A stretch of DNA of 64,000 nucleotides, from contig NC_087262.1 in assembly GCF_037042905.1 (NCBI RefSeq), forward strand, positions 17,610,001 to 17,674,000, given 5' to 3'. Shown here one piece after another: positions 51,479 through 64,000 of the stretch. Within the stretch, counting starts at the first letter, position 1. Every line of letters begins with the position of its first letter. The notes under the pieces were generated by a model. It was not told where the DNA came from. It searched no databases and saw only the letters and a program-made list of their open reading frames with translations. The position numbers were made by a program, and so were the translations under genes. The DNA is from Lytechinus pictus. Its lineage: Eukaryota.

Positions 51479-54400
51479 CTAAAGAGAAGAAAGAAAACAA
51501 TGGATGGTAAATGTTAAATGTAATTAAACCAAAGCAAATGAGTTTGCCGTAAAAATTAGGAATTTTTCACCCAAAAAAAATCATGAATCATGGTAAATTG
51601 CCATCATATCATTGCACACTGACCACCAATTCCTATATTTCAATGCGCAACGGGTTAACATATTCGTATATCAAAATCACTGTTTCTTAATTTGAATATT
51701 TCAAAAGTGGAAAAAGTGAGAGAGATTAGGCAATGGTTAACACATTCATGCGTCAAAATCACTATTTTGTTTTAGAAAAATATTTCAAAAGAGGAAAAAG
51801 TTATAGTAAGAGATATCAGAAAAAAATTAACATCTTAACTAGCTATTTTGCTTAAATGAATTGTTGCACACATAATGTCTTGAAGACGATAAGAACTATT
51901 GATAAGAAAATGCAGAAACGTTAACATCATAACTTGTTCTTTTGCTTAAATGAATTGAATTGTTGCACACAATATTTCCTCGAGACGATAAGAAACATTG
52001 ATGTGAAATTGCAGAAGTTAAATTTATCCCAGAATTTAATTGAATTTGTGGATGCGGGTCTAAAACTCTGCAAGATCCCCTGCAAAGCCCAGGAAATGTT
52101 GGATAACTCTCTGGACATGACCTTCTACCAAGTCAGGACGCCTACGCTCTAACTTGGCTTTTTAACGCATTATCACTGTTCAGGTTACCATGGCAATGAG
52201 ACCGATAACACTGGTTAAAAAGTGCAAGTGTTCCCATTTCTGGCCAACTTTCAAAATTTGCCTCCATGTATCTTACACAAAAAACAAACAATACATGAAT
52301 GTTCATATTTTCAACAGAATTTAAGAATTCTTTAAATTGTATTCTTTATTTTTTTCAATACGTAATTAGTACTAATATCACAAAGAGTATTATATCCATG
52401 CACTTGTAATAATATATTTACATATTAAAATGAAAGTATCAAATCAAATTATTTGTTTATTTTTACTCTCATCTTTATACTTATTTTGTTGAGACAAAAC
52501 CAAGAGATAGGACTTATCATGACAGTGAAAATTTACCTCTTTAAAGCAGATAAAATCAACTCCTAAAAGTTGCTACCACATACATTTAATTCATTAGAAA
52601 TGCACATAAAATGAAGTCTAAGGTTTGTAGTCGTAAACAGACAGAAATAGACAAAAAGCAGTACATCTGTAATTCACATAAAACCAACTCCTACAAGTTG
52701 CTCCAGCATAGTGGTAGCATATGAATTTCATTCATTAGTAATGTACATGGAATGAAGTCTTATGCAGACAGATGCACCACTATCTAGGCACAGCAGATCG
52801 CCTTACGTCCTCAAAGTCTCCTTCAATATTGTTAGAAGCGCTGAGAGACGGGGAAGATTCACAAAGCTAATTAAAGATACTGATGTACAAATAAGACGAC
52901 CGGGGAGGAATACTATTAGTTATATTTGCAAGGAAGGAAAGGAAAGGGGGTATAAGACATATTAAGACTTTAAGGAGAAAGAGAACTGAGGAGGAGGACA
53001 ATGAATTACTATAAACTAATGACAATTTTTACATTGGCTGAAATGAAATAGGAGCTAAATAAAGAAAAAAACAATGTGAACAGATAGATAGAAAGATAAA
53101 ATGGATAGCAGGATAGAATAATAATAATAATTATTATATTTATTATTATTATCATCATTATCATTATTATTATTATTATTATCATAAAGATATTAATAAT
53201 AATGTCAATAGTAATAATAGAATGAATGAATGAATAAACAAACAAATAAATAAAAACAAAAATATGAATATGTGATTTAACAAATTTATAAATATCAATT
53301 TAAAAGCTAATAAATAATAACCACAAATATGACTAATCATATTTTCATAAAAATGGGGGAAAATATGAAAAATATGAAAAATATTTATGCAAAAGGAAAG
53401 TTGGATTAGTAGTGCCCTTGACGTTACGGTCAACTCTTGACCACATAGTGTTTCATGATCTGTCATTTCCTTCGTTCACAATATATCTCCTTGAGGGATT
53501 TATCTTTTACGAATACAGAAATCTTTTAGGTTTATATTTAAATAAATTCAATTAATGCTTTATAGTCAAACAGAAGCATGAGCATTTACACCGAGCGTTG
53601 GTATATTAAAATATAGCAAGGTGATAATATATCAAAAATCTTAGTAGATATTCTTCAAATTATCATTTTTTTATTATTATAGATGAAATTTCATGTTGTT
53701 TTTAATTGTGACTCTTGATTAACATATGATCAAATCCAATACATGTGATAACTGTTTTTGCTCTCTTAAAAAGTAAGAAGGGTGAAAATAATAATAATAA
53801 CAATTTTATATACCGCAAAATCGCAAAATTGCCTCTAAGCGGTTAAGAGAAAGGAAAATGAAGTATAAAGGAAATAGAAATAGAAATACTTTGCACAACA
53901 AAATGTATCAAAACTAATATACAATTTACAACTTTCTCAACAAATCATAAATAAAGAGATACCATCAAATGGGCCAATAAACATATGATATGATCAATTA
54001 TCTTAAAATTGCCAAATTTTCAACTATTTATTTAACTCCATGGCCCTTTTCCATCCATTCAGCCTATAATAAGTTTCTAGAGTGTGATTAAAAGTATATG
54101 AAATCATTTGACATTTAATTATTAATTTCATACCACAGTATAGTGTCTATGAATCCATGACCTTACTTAGTAGTTTTAATGATTGAAAAAAAAATTGAAT
54201 TAAGTTGAGGCAAATACCAGATTAAAAAGGCAAAAAATAAATGAAAATAATTTGTAATTCAATATTTTCAAGGTAGGTATGGACAAAAATATACTAATTA
54301 AATCCATATCAGCCCATCCAAGAACACCTAATGCAGCCTACGCATTTGAATGTTGATGTTTCTAGGCATAGCTGGGCCCCCACAAATAAACATGAATGTA

Positions 54401-54889
54401 ATGAATACCGCCTTCAGTATAGAGATTACACTAAATGACTAAACATTTGAAATTCACAACAAGCAGCAATCATTATGTCCTAATAATATTCACCTCGCGT
54501 TGAGGCACTCACATGCATAAGCTAAATATTGCCACCCTAACAAGTATGATCTGTTCAAAGATGAATAAACCTTCAGCCACTTCCACAATAAATGTTGAAT
54601 CTAATATTTTTATTACAATATTCATTATGTAAAATTGATACATACTTAGCATCAATCATGAAACTATATGATAACTGTATCAGCCTTCAGGGAAGAGAAA
54701 GAGAAAGAAATAGAGGGGAGAGACTGACGGATTAACAGATTAATTAGCAAACATACTAGCAGATGAATAAATAGAAAGAATAGATAACTAAACAGATGAA
54801 AAGTGAAAAGGAAGACAGATGTAGAGAGGCAAAGAGAGTAGATAAGATGGATAGATGGACAGGTTGATAGATAAATTTGATAACTAGAT

Positions 54890-55095
<206 letters not shown>

Positions 55096-57516
55096 ACAGA
55101 AAGGATAGACTAACAAGATAACATCAAGAGAAAAAGACAGACTGTCAAGTTCAGACTTTTCTAATGATTTTTTTTCCCATTCTCTTATAAACTGACATGT
55201 CCTAATGGTTAAACAAACATAAATGACAATACTTGGGACTGGTGAGCCCTCAGCCCTACGAGATTAAGAATATTGTCTGCTAACGAGAGTGAGACAACCA
55301 CTATTCCTTCCTTTATAACTTCTAATGAATTAATGGATACTCATGGCCATAACTGTCACTTACTATGCATCGTTATTGTTTAAAGTTTATATGAGGCTTA
55401 TTTTACAGGTCTGCAAATTTTAAACTGCCCCAGCTTGCATGGCGTTGATAAAAAATATCTCAAACAGAAACAAGTTGATAAATTTGTCTCAACTAATGCA
55501 TGAAAATAAAACTTGTGAACTTATAATTCTATATTTGTATAAAGCGCTATATTGCATATTATTAATATGAACAGTTGTCTATACAGTAGGACTTGTACTT
55601 AAATTTTCTGCAAAAATCTCAAAATCAATTTTTTTTTCACGAAAATTGACCAATAGCATGGTTCTGATGAACGCCAACGACAAAAACCTTACAGTCGTTA
55701 TTTCAACAGTTCAAACAAGTGTTTAATTATCAATATTTAAATCTAAATAAATTATGCATGGTTGTTTAAACTCTTAAACTATTAAACTACAGTAAGGTTC
55801 ATATAGTTAACAAAGTTGCATAAGACTTGCAAGACTGTAGATTATACTGTTCTTCACATAAATTTCATTCTTAAAATTGGAAAAACCTAGATTCATTTGA
55901 GGAACAACATAACCTTTTCCTTTAAAATGCTCATCATTTTCTACCAGAAAATCACCATTAGTAAAAGCATCTATGCCATGGCCACAAAGCAACTTGATGC
56001 AATCTGAATAATTAACCCGACAGATGTCCTTAATGCATGTATATGTTGCTAATGAGAACTTAATCATATGATTACATCAACTAGAACTCTAAAACCCCAC
56101 CTAGCCCTATTCACATTGATATTTAATATGGAATATCACTGTGAGCATACAAGGAGCAGAGATTTAAATGTTGCATACATACTACAGCACTACACTATGT
56201 TCATACTATACAATATGTTATCGATACAATGATTATAATGTGAAGATTCAAAGATATAGTTTCTTAGACTTGTCAAGCCACTGAGTTTGCATCAGTTGTC
56301 AAGTTTGAGTTATATTTCAATTTTATCATTTTCGAGCTAAGGGCATTTATTTCACACACAAAATTTTGAATCAAATTATTTCTCATTGTGATTTTTTTTT
56401 ATATCTTTATGCTGTACTTTTACAAGTTTGTAAGAATCAAATGACAGGTTTAATGTAAGTGAAACCCCATTACACTAAACACTTTGGCAAGTTACTGGAT
56501 CTGAAGCACCAGAAGCACTTGTATACAGTACACAGTATACTGTGCATGGTAGCATACAGAATCTAAGCTTGTGTAGAAGCTGTTTAATTCTTCAAGTTTG
56601 CTGGAGATAGTTTGCTTACCATGGAAATGACATGTTTGCCACAGTCTTCATGAATTTTGAATGAGTTTGAGGAGGGCATCAAAATACCAAACAGACATTT
56701 TGAAAAGCTGAAGGTACAACACCAAAAGCTTAAAATACAAAGAGTTGAAACATAACAGAATGATGATGGTGGTTGTGATGATGATTTATTACCAATCTAC
56801 TAAGAAAGCATTAATGTGCTTTTTAGCAAGCAGTCAGAAGACCATAGGGTTGTAATCCTATCAGAGGGACATGGTAATGATAGAAATGCCTTACTGATGG
56901 AAACAAGCGCATCCCGAATTGAGAATCAGATTGGGTCACTTGATTGTGAGACCAACGTTCTGAGTGGTGACTTTCTTTTGAAGCTATGTCTCGATCTACT
57001 TTAGATTACCGACATTACAGGGATTTTTTGCAATCATTACATATGTTAAATATAGAAGTAGAGATTGGAGATTCTCTACTCAGTATTAGCCTAGCAATTC
57101 TTCCCACTTCAACTTACAATAACTTACAATACATATAGTATTCCTCATTTGTACATCTCTTGGTGAACACTTCAAAGGAATTTATTCTATGTTTAACTTG
57201 TGCTTAAATTTCAGTATTTCCAACCGTACAAGGGCAGTCCCCAGCAGTGTTTTATCTGAGTTATTCATAAAAATTATATTGCAAGGTAAAAACATGTAAC
57301 GGCAAAGGAGGTCCTGGCAGATAATTTTTTTTAGGACAGGGGTGGGGGAATAAACTTGATGCAATTCTACAATTTGCCTGCCTCTAACCACTATAACTGC
57401 ATACATTATTTGGTTTTTCTAGATCGGCAATAAATGCACACGCTTTTTGCAAAGAGTTGAGCTGATCGCCAGCTAGCCCATCAAATCCCATGAATTTTTA
57501 AGGAATATCACCGCAC

Positions 57517-58056
57517 CTCATCGTAACAGCCGTCCACGATGCCTTTGAGTAAGCACGAGAAGATCTCATCCAGGATACGCTGCTCTTCCGTCTGTCGCTC
57601 CCCCTGGTTGCGATAGATGGAGTACAGCTCGGTGCGTGTCGTCGGGAAGCTGCACGGCCGACCGTTCTTCATCTTCTGCAAAGGGTTCTTGGGCTGACGG
57701 TGAAGCAGGCTATTAGCCCGCGAGATCTCCAGTGACGTCATCTTATTCATGGCTGTCGGTTCCTCGTTGCTAACGATGTCGACAGAATTTGTAGGTTTAT
57801 TACTGATGGCAACACCAGCAGTGCTCTCTGATTTGCTATTTATACTACGAGTGGTGTTTGTCAGTTTCTTCTCGCAAGTGTCAGCAACACTGGCAGTATT
57901 TGTTGGTTGCACGTTTATGTTAACGATACTCGTGATATTGTTAACCCTGCGTTGCACAGAGCAGTATAATTCCCGGGTAAAGTATTCCAGCACGGTAACG
58001 AAAAAGCAAAGAAAAATCACAGCAGCAGATAAGAAGGTAGCAAGCTTCGTGAGCAT
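57517..58056 (-). CDS. Candidate alternative first coding exon (180 aa; hydrophobic N-terminus, Ser/Thr/Asn-rich stalk)
   Basis: 540-nt open frame from ATG 58056, in-frame TAG upstream (58108-58110), ends GAG|GTGCGG in phase 0, compatible with the ANK repeat 2 exon. Confidence 0.55.
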
Positions 58057-61000
58057 CAGACTTGATCTCACACGATCCAAGTGAAAATTAGTGTGCTTTT
58101 GTTTTCTCTATGCCCGATACAATGCTTTGCATCCATTAACCAGACACTCAGAATCCCATCCCACACACTATTACAGCAGCTTAGGTAGTATTCCAGAATA
58201 TGTAATCCTTAGTAAGGCACAGTGAAGGAAGAGCGGTGTGGTATTTCCAACTGTCATTAGGAAAATCCAGATACTCAAAAGGCACAACTTATTTGAGACA
58301 AGATAGAAAGACACTCAGGCCATCATCATGTCTTGTCTATACATTTTTTATAATGTTAATTATGAGATTCATAGAAACCGTCTCTCTTTCAGATTGTGTT
58401 TGTCACCAACTCTTCGAGGGAAACGAGAATGATTTATTTTCTGATTGCTGCTTTCCTTCTAAAATTGATTTCAGTTGTATTCAGGGTAGCTTTCCTCAGC
58501 TGTCCTGAATGGATGAGGTGCTAGGCTATGATTCTGAGCAGATCCTGCTCAGTTTCTCCAGTCAAAACTGTTGTCAGCAGCGGTTTAGGGAAAAACAAAT
58601 GGCACTGACCTGGCCTAATGAGATTGAGAAAGCCAAAGAACAAAGAATTCAATGATGCTACAAGGATGAGTCTTAGACATCAAACTGCATTGGTTGATAT
58701 GAAAATATGTATGCAAAATCCATTCCAAAGTCTTGATTAACACAATACAAATGAAGAAGAAATATATAGCAGTAAGTTGATCTAGAAGTCTCAGACAAAG
58801 ACTAGCTGAGTCGGCAATGTTGGTATGCATATACTATTCTAAAGCTGAATAACGCTTCTGTGTCGGAAGTTGTATTTATGGATCCAGATCTAGCGAATCA
58901 ATCACGATAACGCCGCAACAGATTTTGAGCTGAAAGCCGGACCCGAGTGAAGAATACATGCACAGACTGACAACAAAGTGCAGAAAGCAAATGTAAATGA
59001 TGCGGGTATTATATCCAAGATGAAAATCGGCATCAGCGGCCACACAGCTGAAGCTATGTAAAGTCGCTCTTGGCAAAATATTGGCTTGTTCAAATACCGA
59101 GTGAGGATTTGCAAGGGCTCTTCGCTCAAGCCTCCTGGAATGAAAGGTGTCGAAGGAGAATAGTCAGCAATGTCTTAGATTCGATGCACTTTAGTCCTTC
59201 CAGTCTGTATAAAAACTGATTACCTTCCTCAAGTGATGATCACCCGTTCATCCATTTGTCCCGACTGACTTTTGATATGCCACGTGACGAGGGGTCGGGC
59301 ATTCGCCTAAGCTACAGGACTTGCGGAATGTGTGTTGTCCCGATCGCCTGCACAACAAAAACTGGTTTGACTTTTCGTCTTGCCTCCCGAGCAGGATCAT
59401 GCACCCGCTGCCCACATATACCCCTTCCTGTAGAGACGCACTTGATGATGCATTGTGGGTAATAAGCCATTTCCCCCTTCCCCCACAAACTGAATCATAA
59501 CGATTCTGTTCCTATGCAAAACTCCTAACACTGCAACATAAGCGGCATGTCCTGGGCTTCAGATGACCTTTTCTCACAAAGCTCATGTATGATCTACACC
59601 TAACATCGAACATACCCATTCCGCAGTATGTACCACCAACACCACCGTTGGATGGAAGATGATGATGGTCAAGTTATTGATCGCGAGGCTGAAACACTAA
59701 CGAGTTTGGGCAATTAAACGTCAAGCCGGAGAGCTGAGCAAATAGTCGTGATGATTAGCATATATGCATATGGACTCACCATTAAACACTCCTGAATTAT
59801 AAAAATGACAACAGTTTTCACGGTGGTTACATTAGTCACCTGGTTCCCAGGTCATAACCAGCTCCATTTTGGAGCTTGCATGTACAGGAGTGATTTACTT
59901 TAAAGGGAATAATCAATTAAATGCATAGTATTCAAACCCTATAGAATATAATACATCCAGTTCAATGTCAAAAGGTTCTAGTTATGCTTTCCTTATTGAT
60001 CACATTATTCTGAATGTACTCAAAGTCGTCAAATTCTATCAATTTATGCAATTTTTCATTACCTAGACTTTTTAATTTCTAATTTACTAAAATAAAGTTG
60101 TCAAATATCTGAATCTGCAATGCTATTGTAAACGATTCTCTTGACTCAAATATCTATTTTTCTTGGTCCCATGTACGGGGGGGGGGGGGGGGAGAGATAG
60201 TATCTGTAAATCAAAATGTTAATGTTAAAATGTTAATTATTACCCCAGCTACAGCTGGGGTAATAATATCAACATCCTTTGGAAGTGCATAGAGACATTA
60301 TTCATAATTGTGATATGCGCTATACAAGAACTGTGTATTATTATTATTATTTAATAACCTTGTTTTAGTGTATTTGAAAAATAACCTCTGCTATACTTGT
60401 TTTTTAATTTCCATTCCCCTTCCAAACTTCCACCCTTCCTTACTCATTCTTTCTTCATCTTTCTCAACCGGTACTTCCTCTCTTTCTTGTGCCCTTTCTC
60501 TATCTATTCCACTGTTCTCTGTTTTAGCTCTTTTCTTCCATCCTTCTCTCTTTCTCTCCTTCTCTAAACCCACTCTTTTTCTTTTATTTATTTTTGTACA
60601 ATCTGTAATCCTTTGAGCCATTCAATATCTAGGCCTATACATCCCTGAATTTAAACCATGGACTTCCAATGATTAGGGGGATGGACCAAGGAAATGCTGA
60701 ATTTACCTCTTAGGTCAATAAGCCTCCTTTTATCAAAGACAACAGTTGGCTTTCCTTTGTCATCATCATAGGATTAACACTTTGTATAGAGAGGTGTTAA
60801 GATATTTAGGATCAGGCAACCTTTTGTAAAGAAAGTCATAAATTCATAAACAATGAATGAGACAAGTATTTGAAACATAAGTTAGCCATGTTTGCTACAC
60901 TTCTACTTGTCATGAAAGTATGATAGAATTCAGGAATTCTATTGTTTTAAATATGTCATGCATGGTGTATTCATTAACACAAATTATGAAGATTTTTTTC

Positions 61001-62264
61001 TTTTTCTTCCTCTTCTTTTTCTTCCTCTTCTTTCTTCCTCTTTTTTATTTTTCCCCCTTTCATCTCTCCCACCATCATATCAATTTTACATCGATATTGT
61101 CCCATTCCATCTTCCAGTACCCACATGTGTTGGTCCAGAAGAAAAGTCTCATTACTTAAATTATGACCTGCTGACATAGAAGTCCTAAATGAGTCATTTA
61201 ATACACACTGACCATGGGTCAAATGTCTCAGATTTTAATTTGCGATCATGAATGAAGGAGGAAGTACTGATAAATTACATCAATCACACTGCACATCCCT
61301 CCTATAACTACATTTTTAAAGAGATTATCCTGTAATAATAAACTCATTAATAGGCATTATTTCATTACTTGGACTTTAATCATATTTTTTAAATGATAAA
61401 AAGTGATGTTTTCAATCTTTCAAAATAATTTTTTTGCACTACACTCATTCTAAAAATCATCTTTTACTGCAAATTTCCATCATAATTATATAAAATATTC
61501 TTCATAATATTCTTAAACCTAAAATTAGATCATATCACAATTCAATAATTTCCAACAGAACTCAAACAATCTGATATGACTAAATTGGGTCACTTACTAA
61601 ATTTTCAATTACGACAACAGCGGACATCGAAATATCATGTTTTTAGCAGAAAACACATATTGGGGTCAAAATCGAGTTCCTGTGAGTCATAATTAGCACC
61701 TTGACATATCACAACCAAACGAGGGCAGGCTAGTTAAAGATAATGGACCGAGTAACAGAAAACAATTAACGGACCGGCGTCTTTCATCCTAACTTGTATT
61801 TGCATACTAACTGAAATCAATACACATTGACTGACACGACTACAGCCAAAAATCAATATGATATGGAGAGGAAACTGATGGAGAAAGAGAGGAAGGAGAA
61901 GATGAAAAGGAGGGGGGGAAGAGAAAAGAAAAATAAAAAAAAACAGTGATCAGACTCCAGCTAAATTTTATTCTGAGGAAAAATGATGATAAAGAAGAGG
62001 TAGAAATAAGAGGAAGAACAGTAGCACAAAAAAGGTTAAAAACGAAGGAAGAAAGTAAAAAAAATAACAAATATGACAACAGGTAAAGAACTTTTGGAGG
62101 GGACAAATGACGGTGAAGAAAATATAGAAGAAAGATTAATAAGTTTAATGTTTTGAAATTTGTGAAGAATTATAGCTTTCTAATTTTAAATCATAAATAA
62201 AATCTTTCTTTCAACTCTCTTGCATAACTACATGTATGCAAATAAATGTATGGTGTCTCCTTAA

Positions 62265-62529
62265 AACTTGGTCCCACTGCACTTACGGATGCAGAGAGGA
62301 TGTAAAACGGAAAAGAATCTTGCCATCCGTTGGAAAAAGTTATGCATCCGTTGTATACTCTTTGCATACGTGTTTCATACGCTCTATATCCATTGAGCAT
62401 CCATCCACTGTGATTTCATTGTTCGCCCATGGAAGCGGATGAAAATGGATGGAGCCACCCCAAAATTTTGCTTGTCCGCTGTATCCGTTATGAATACGTT
62501 TTGTGTCCGTTGGCCAGTGGGACCAGGCC
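62265..62529. mobile_element. Second copy of the 1186-1458 MITE
   Basis: Colinear high similarity, same TIRs and orientation. Confidence 0.85.
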
Positions 62530-62674
62530 TGAACGTTCAGGAAAATAACCAAAGCACTTGACAATTCAAATCAAGCGTAATATCATCTCTGATTGGAGTG
62601 GTTTAGAGACAAAAGGAAGTATCTTTTGAACAAATGGCATACTAGAAATGTTGTCTCCTCATGTACGAGACCAG

Positions 62675-62845
62675 GGGGCCGTTTCATAAAGCTGTCCGTA
62701 AGTTAAGAGCGACTTTAAGAACGACTGGTGATCCGTTATTGTGGTAAATGGTATATTCATTGGCGATGGTTACGCGCGTAAGAAAGGTTCACCAGTCGTT
62801 CTTAAAGTCGCTCTTAACTTACGAACAGCTTTATGAAACACCCAC
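62675..62845. mobile_element. MITE with long TIRs and CAG target duplication (Harbinger-like)
   Basis: About 60-bp inverted arms gtttcataaagctgt..gtaagttaagagcgactttaagaacgactggtga. Confidence 0.88.
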
Positions 62846-64000
62846 CAGACATTAGTCAGTATGCATTACATGGTTTTTCACAAAACAACACATTTTATGC
62901 ATCATCTTAATCTCCACTCTAGAGCTAGAGATGAGTCGTGGTTAGGACTCCATTCAGACTCCTTAAAATAATTGAGAAAAAAAAAATAGGAATAGAAAAA
63001 GTGAAAGTACAGCTTTAAATCTTGGGAATCCAGTTCCCCAAAATGCATTTAAATTGAAAAGTTCAATATTACTTCTCTGCCTTATTGTATATAACCACAT
63101 TCTCACAAAAGTAATAAAAACTTTATATTCAAGGAATTGGGAATCTGTAGTAAATACCCACTGCTACACCTGGGTAGAGAGGGGAGAGTTTACTTCTAGG
63201 CCCCTCCTTGTGATAAAAAGTGTGTGTTTACACTTAACAATGAAACGTGTGATCAATTTCTCTCTAAATCTGACTTTTAAACTGAACATTGTTTTGATAG
63301 GAAATCAAACTTTTGATCTCATCTGACCTACAAATCAAACAGTCTATAAAATGGGTAATAACTTTTTACAAAATGATGGTGTCAGGTGCGGTGTAACATG
63401 GATGAATACATTTGTATTTACAATTAATTGTTATTTTTTGTACATGGGTTGGTATAGACATTAAGTTAGGCTTAATTAATTGAATGAATCCGTCATGTTA
63501 CATCATCTCAAAAATTATCTCTGGCGGAAATGGTACTTTCTTCAACAGTCACTTTATTTAGTGTGTTTGTCCCTTCAATTCACACCCCTCAAAACATATT
63601 AAAAATAAAAGTGCAACATAAATAAATCCATGTCTAAATGGACTACAGGAACATGACAGTAGTAGCGTTGCTAAGGACTGAGCGACTTGTCGTCAAAGGA
63701 TGAGTATTTCGCTTTGTCACGATTTAGTAACATGACCCTAGTGGCTTTTGTCTCATAGTGATAATGAGTAGATTGTTGACGAGGATGCAACAGACTTTAA
63801 TTTCAAACTTCTATGGAGAAGCACTAAACTATTGGGTTGATGGTGATAAGAGCTTGTACACTCAAAATATTTGGTTTAAAAGATGCATTTCAAGTTGATT
63901 TTAAACATTTGATTTTAACAAATTCATTTTGTAGAATATTTTTCATCACACCGCTGATGGTAATTATTTGGAGATTCTCTTGCCGAAGCCTCCTTTGAAA

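Noticed and set aside
55807..56067. ANK-like motif DCIKLLCGHGID as the missing repeat-1 exon
   Set aside because: No FLRAARAG or TPLH half and no convincing in-phase splice sites; the repeat-1 exon was not found in the window

Overview
AT-rich, intron-rich animal genomic DNA, probably sea urchin or another invertebrate deuterostome (inferred from DeuSINE-like and MITE content, not proven). The window is the interior of one canonical ankyrin gene (co-ortholog of vertebrate ANK1/2/3) on the minus strand. I traced 30 GT-AG exons with consistent phases encoding ANK repeats 2-24, the linker, ZU5-ZU5-UPA and a short acidic exon; the canonical repeat-1 exon and the death domain were not found and probably lie outside the window. 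The introns hide a set of candidate alternative exons: a 180-codon first exon with a hydrophobic N-terminus, a diverged duplicate ANK-repeat-5 exon followed by a stop-containing exon (possible mini-ankyrin), a duplicated ZU5 cassette exon behind a 280-nt AG-free zone, and 6- and 9-nt microexons. Introns also carry MITEs, tRNA-derived SINEs, a LINE 3' fragment, satellites and four local duplications that copy real splice sites. No prokaryotic-type system, CRISPR array or intact autonomous element was seen. All splicing claims are predictions from sequence alone.
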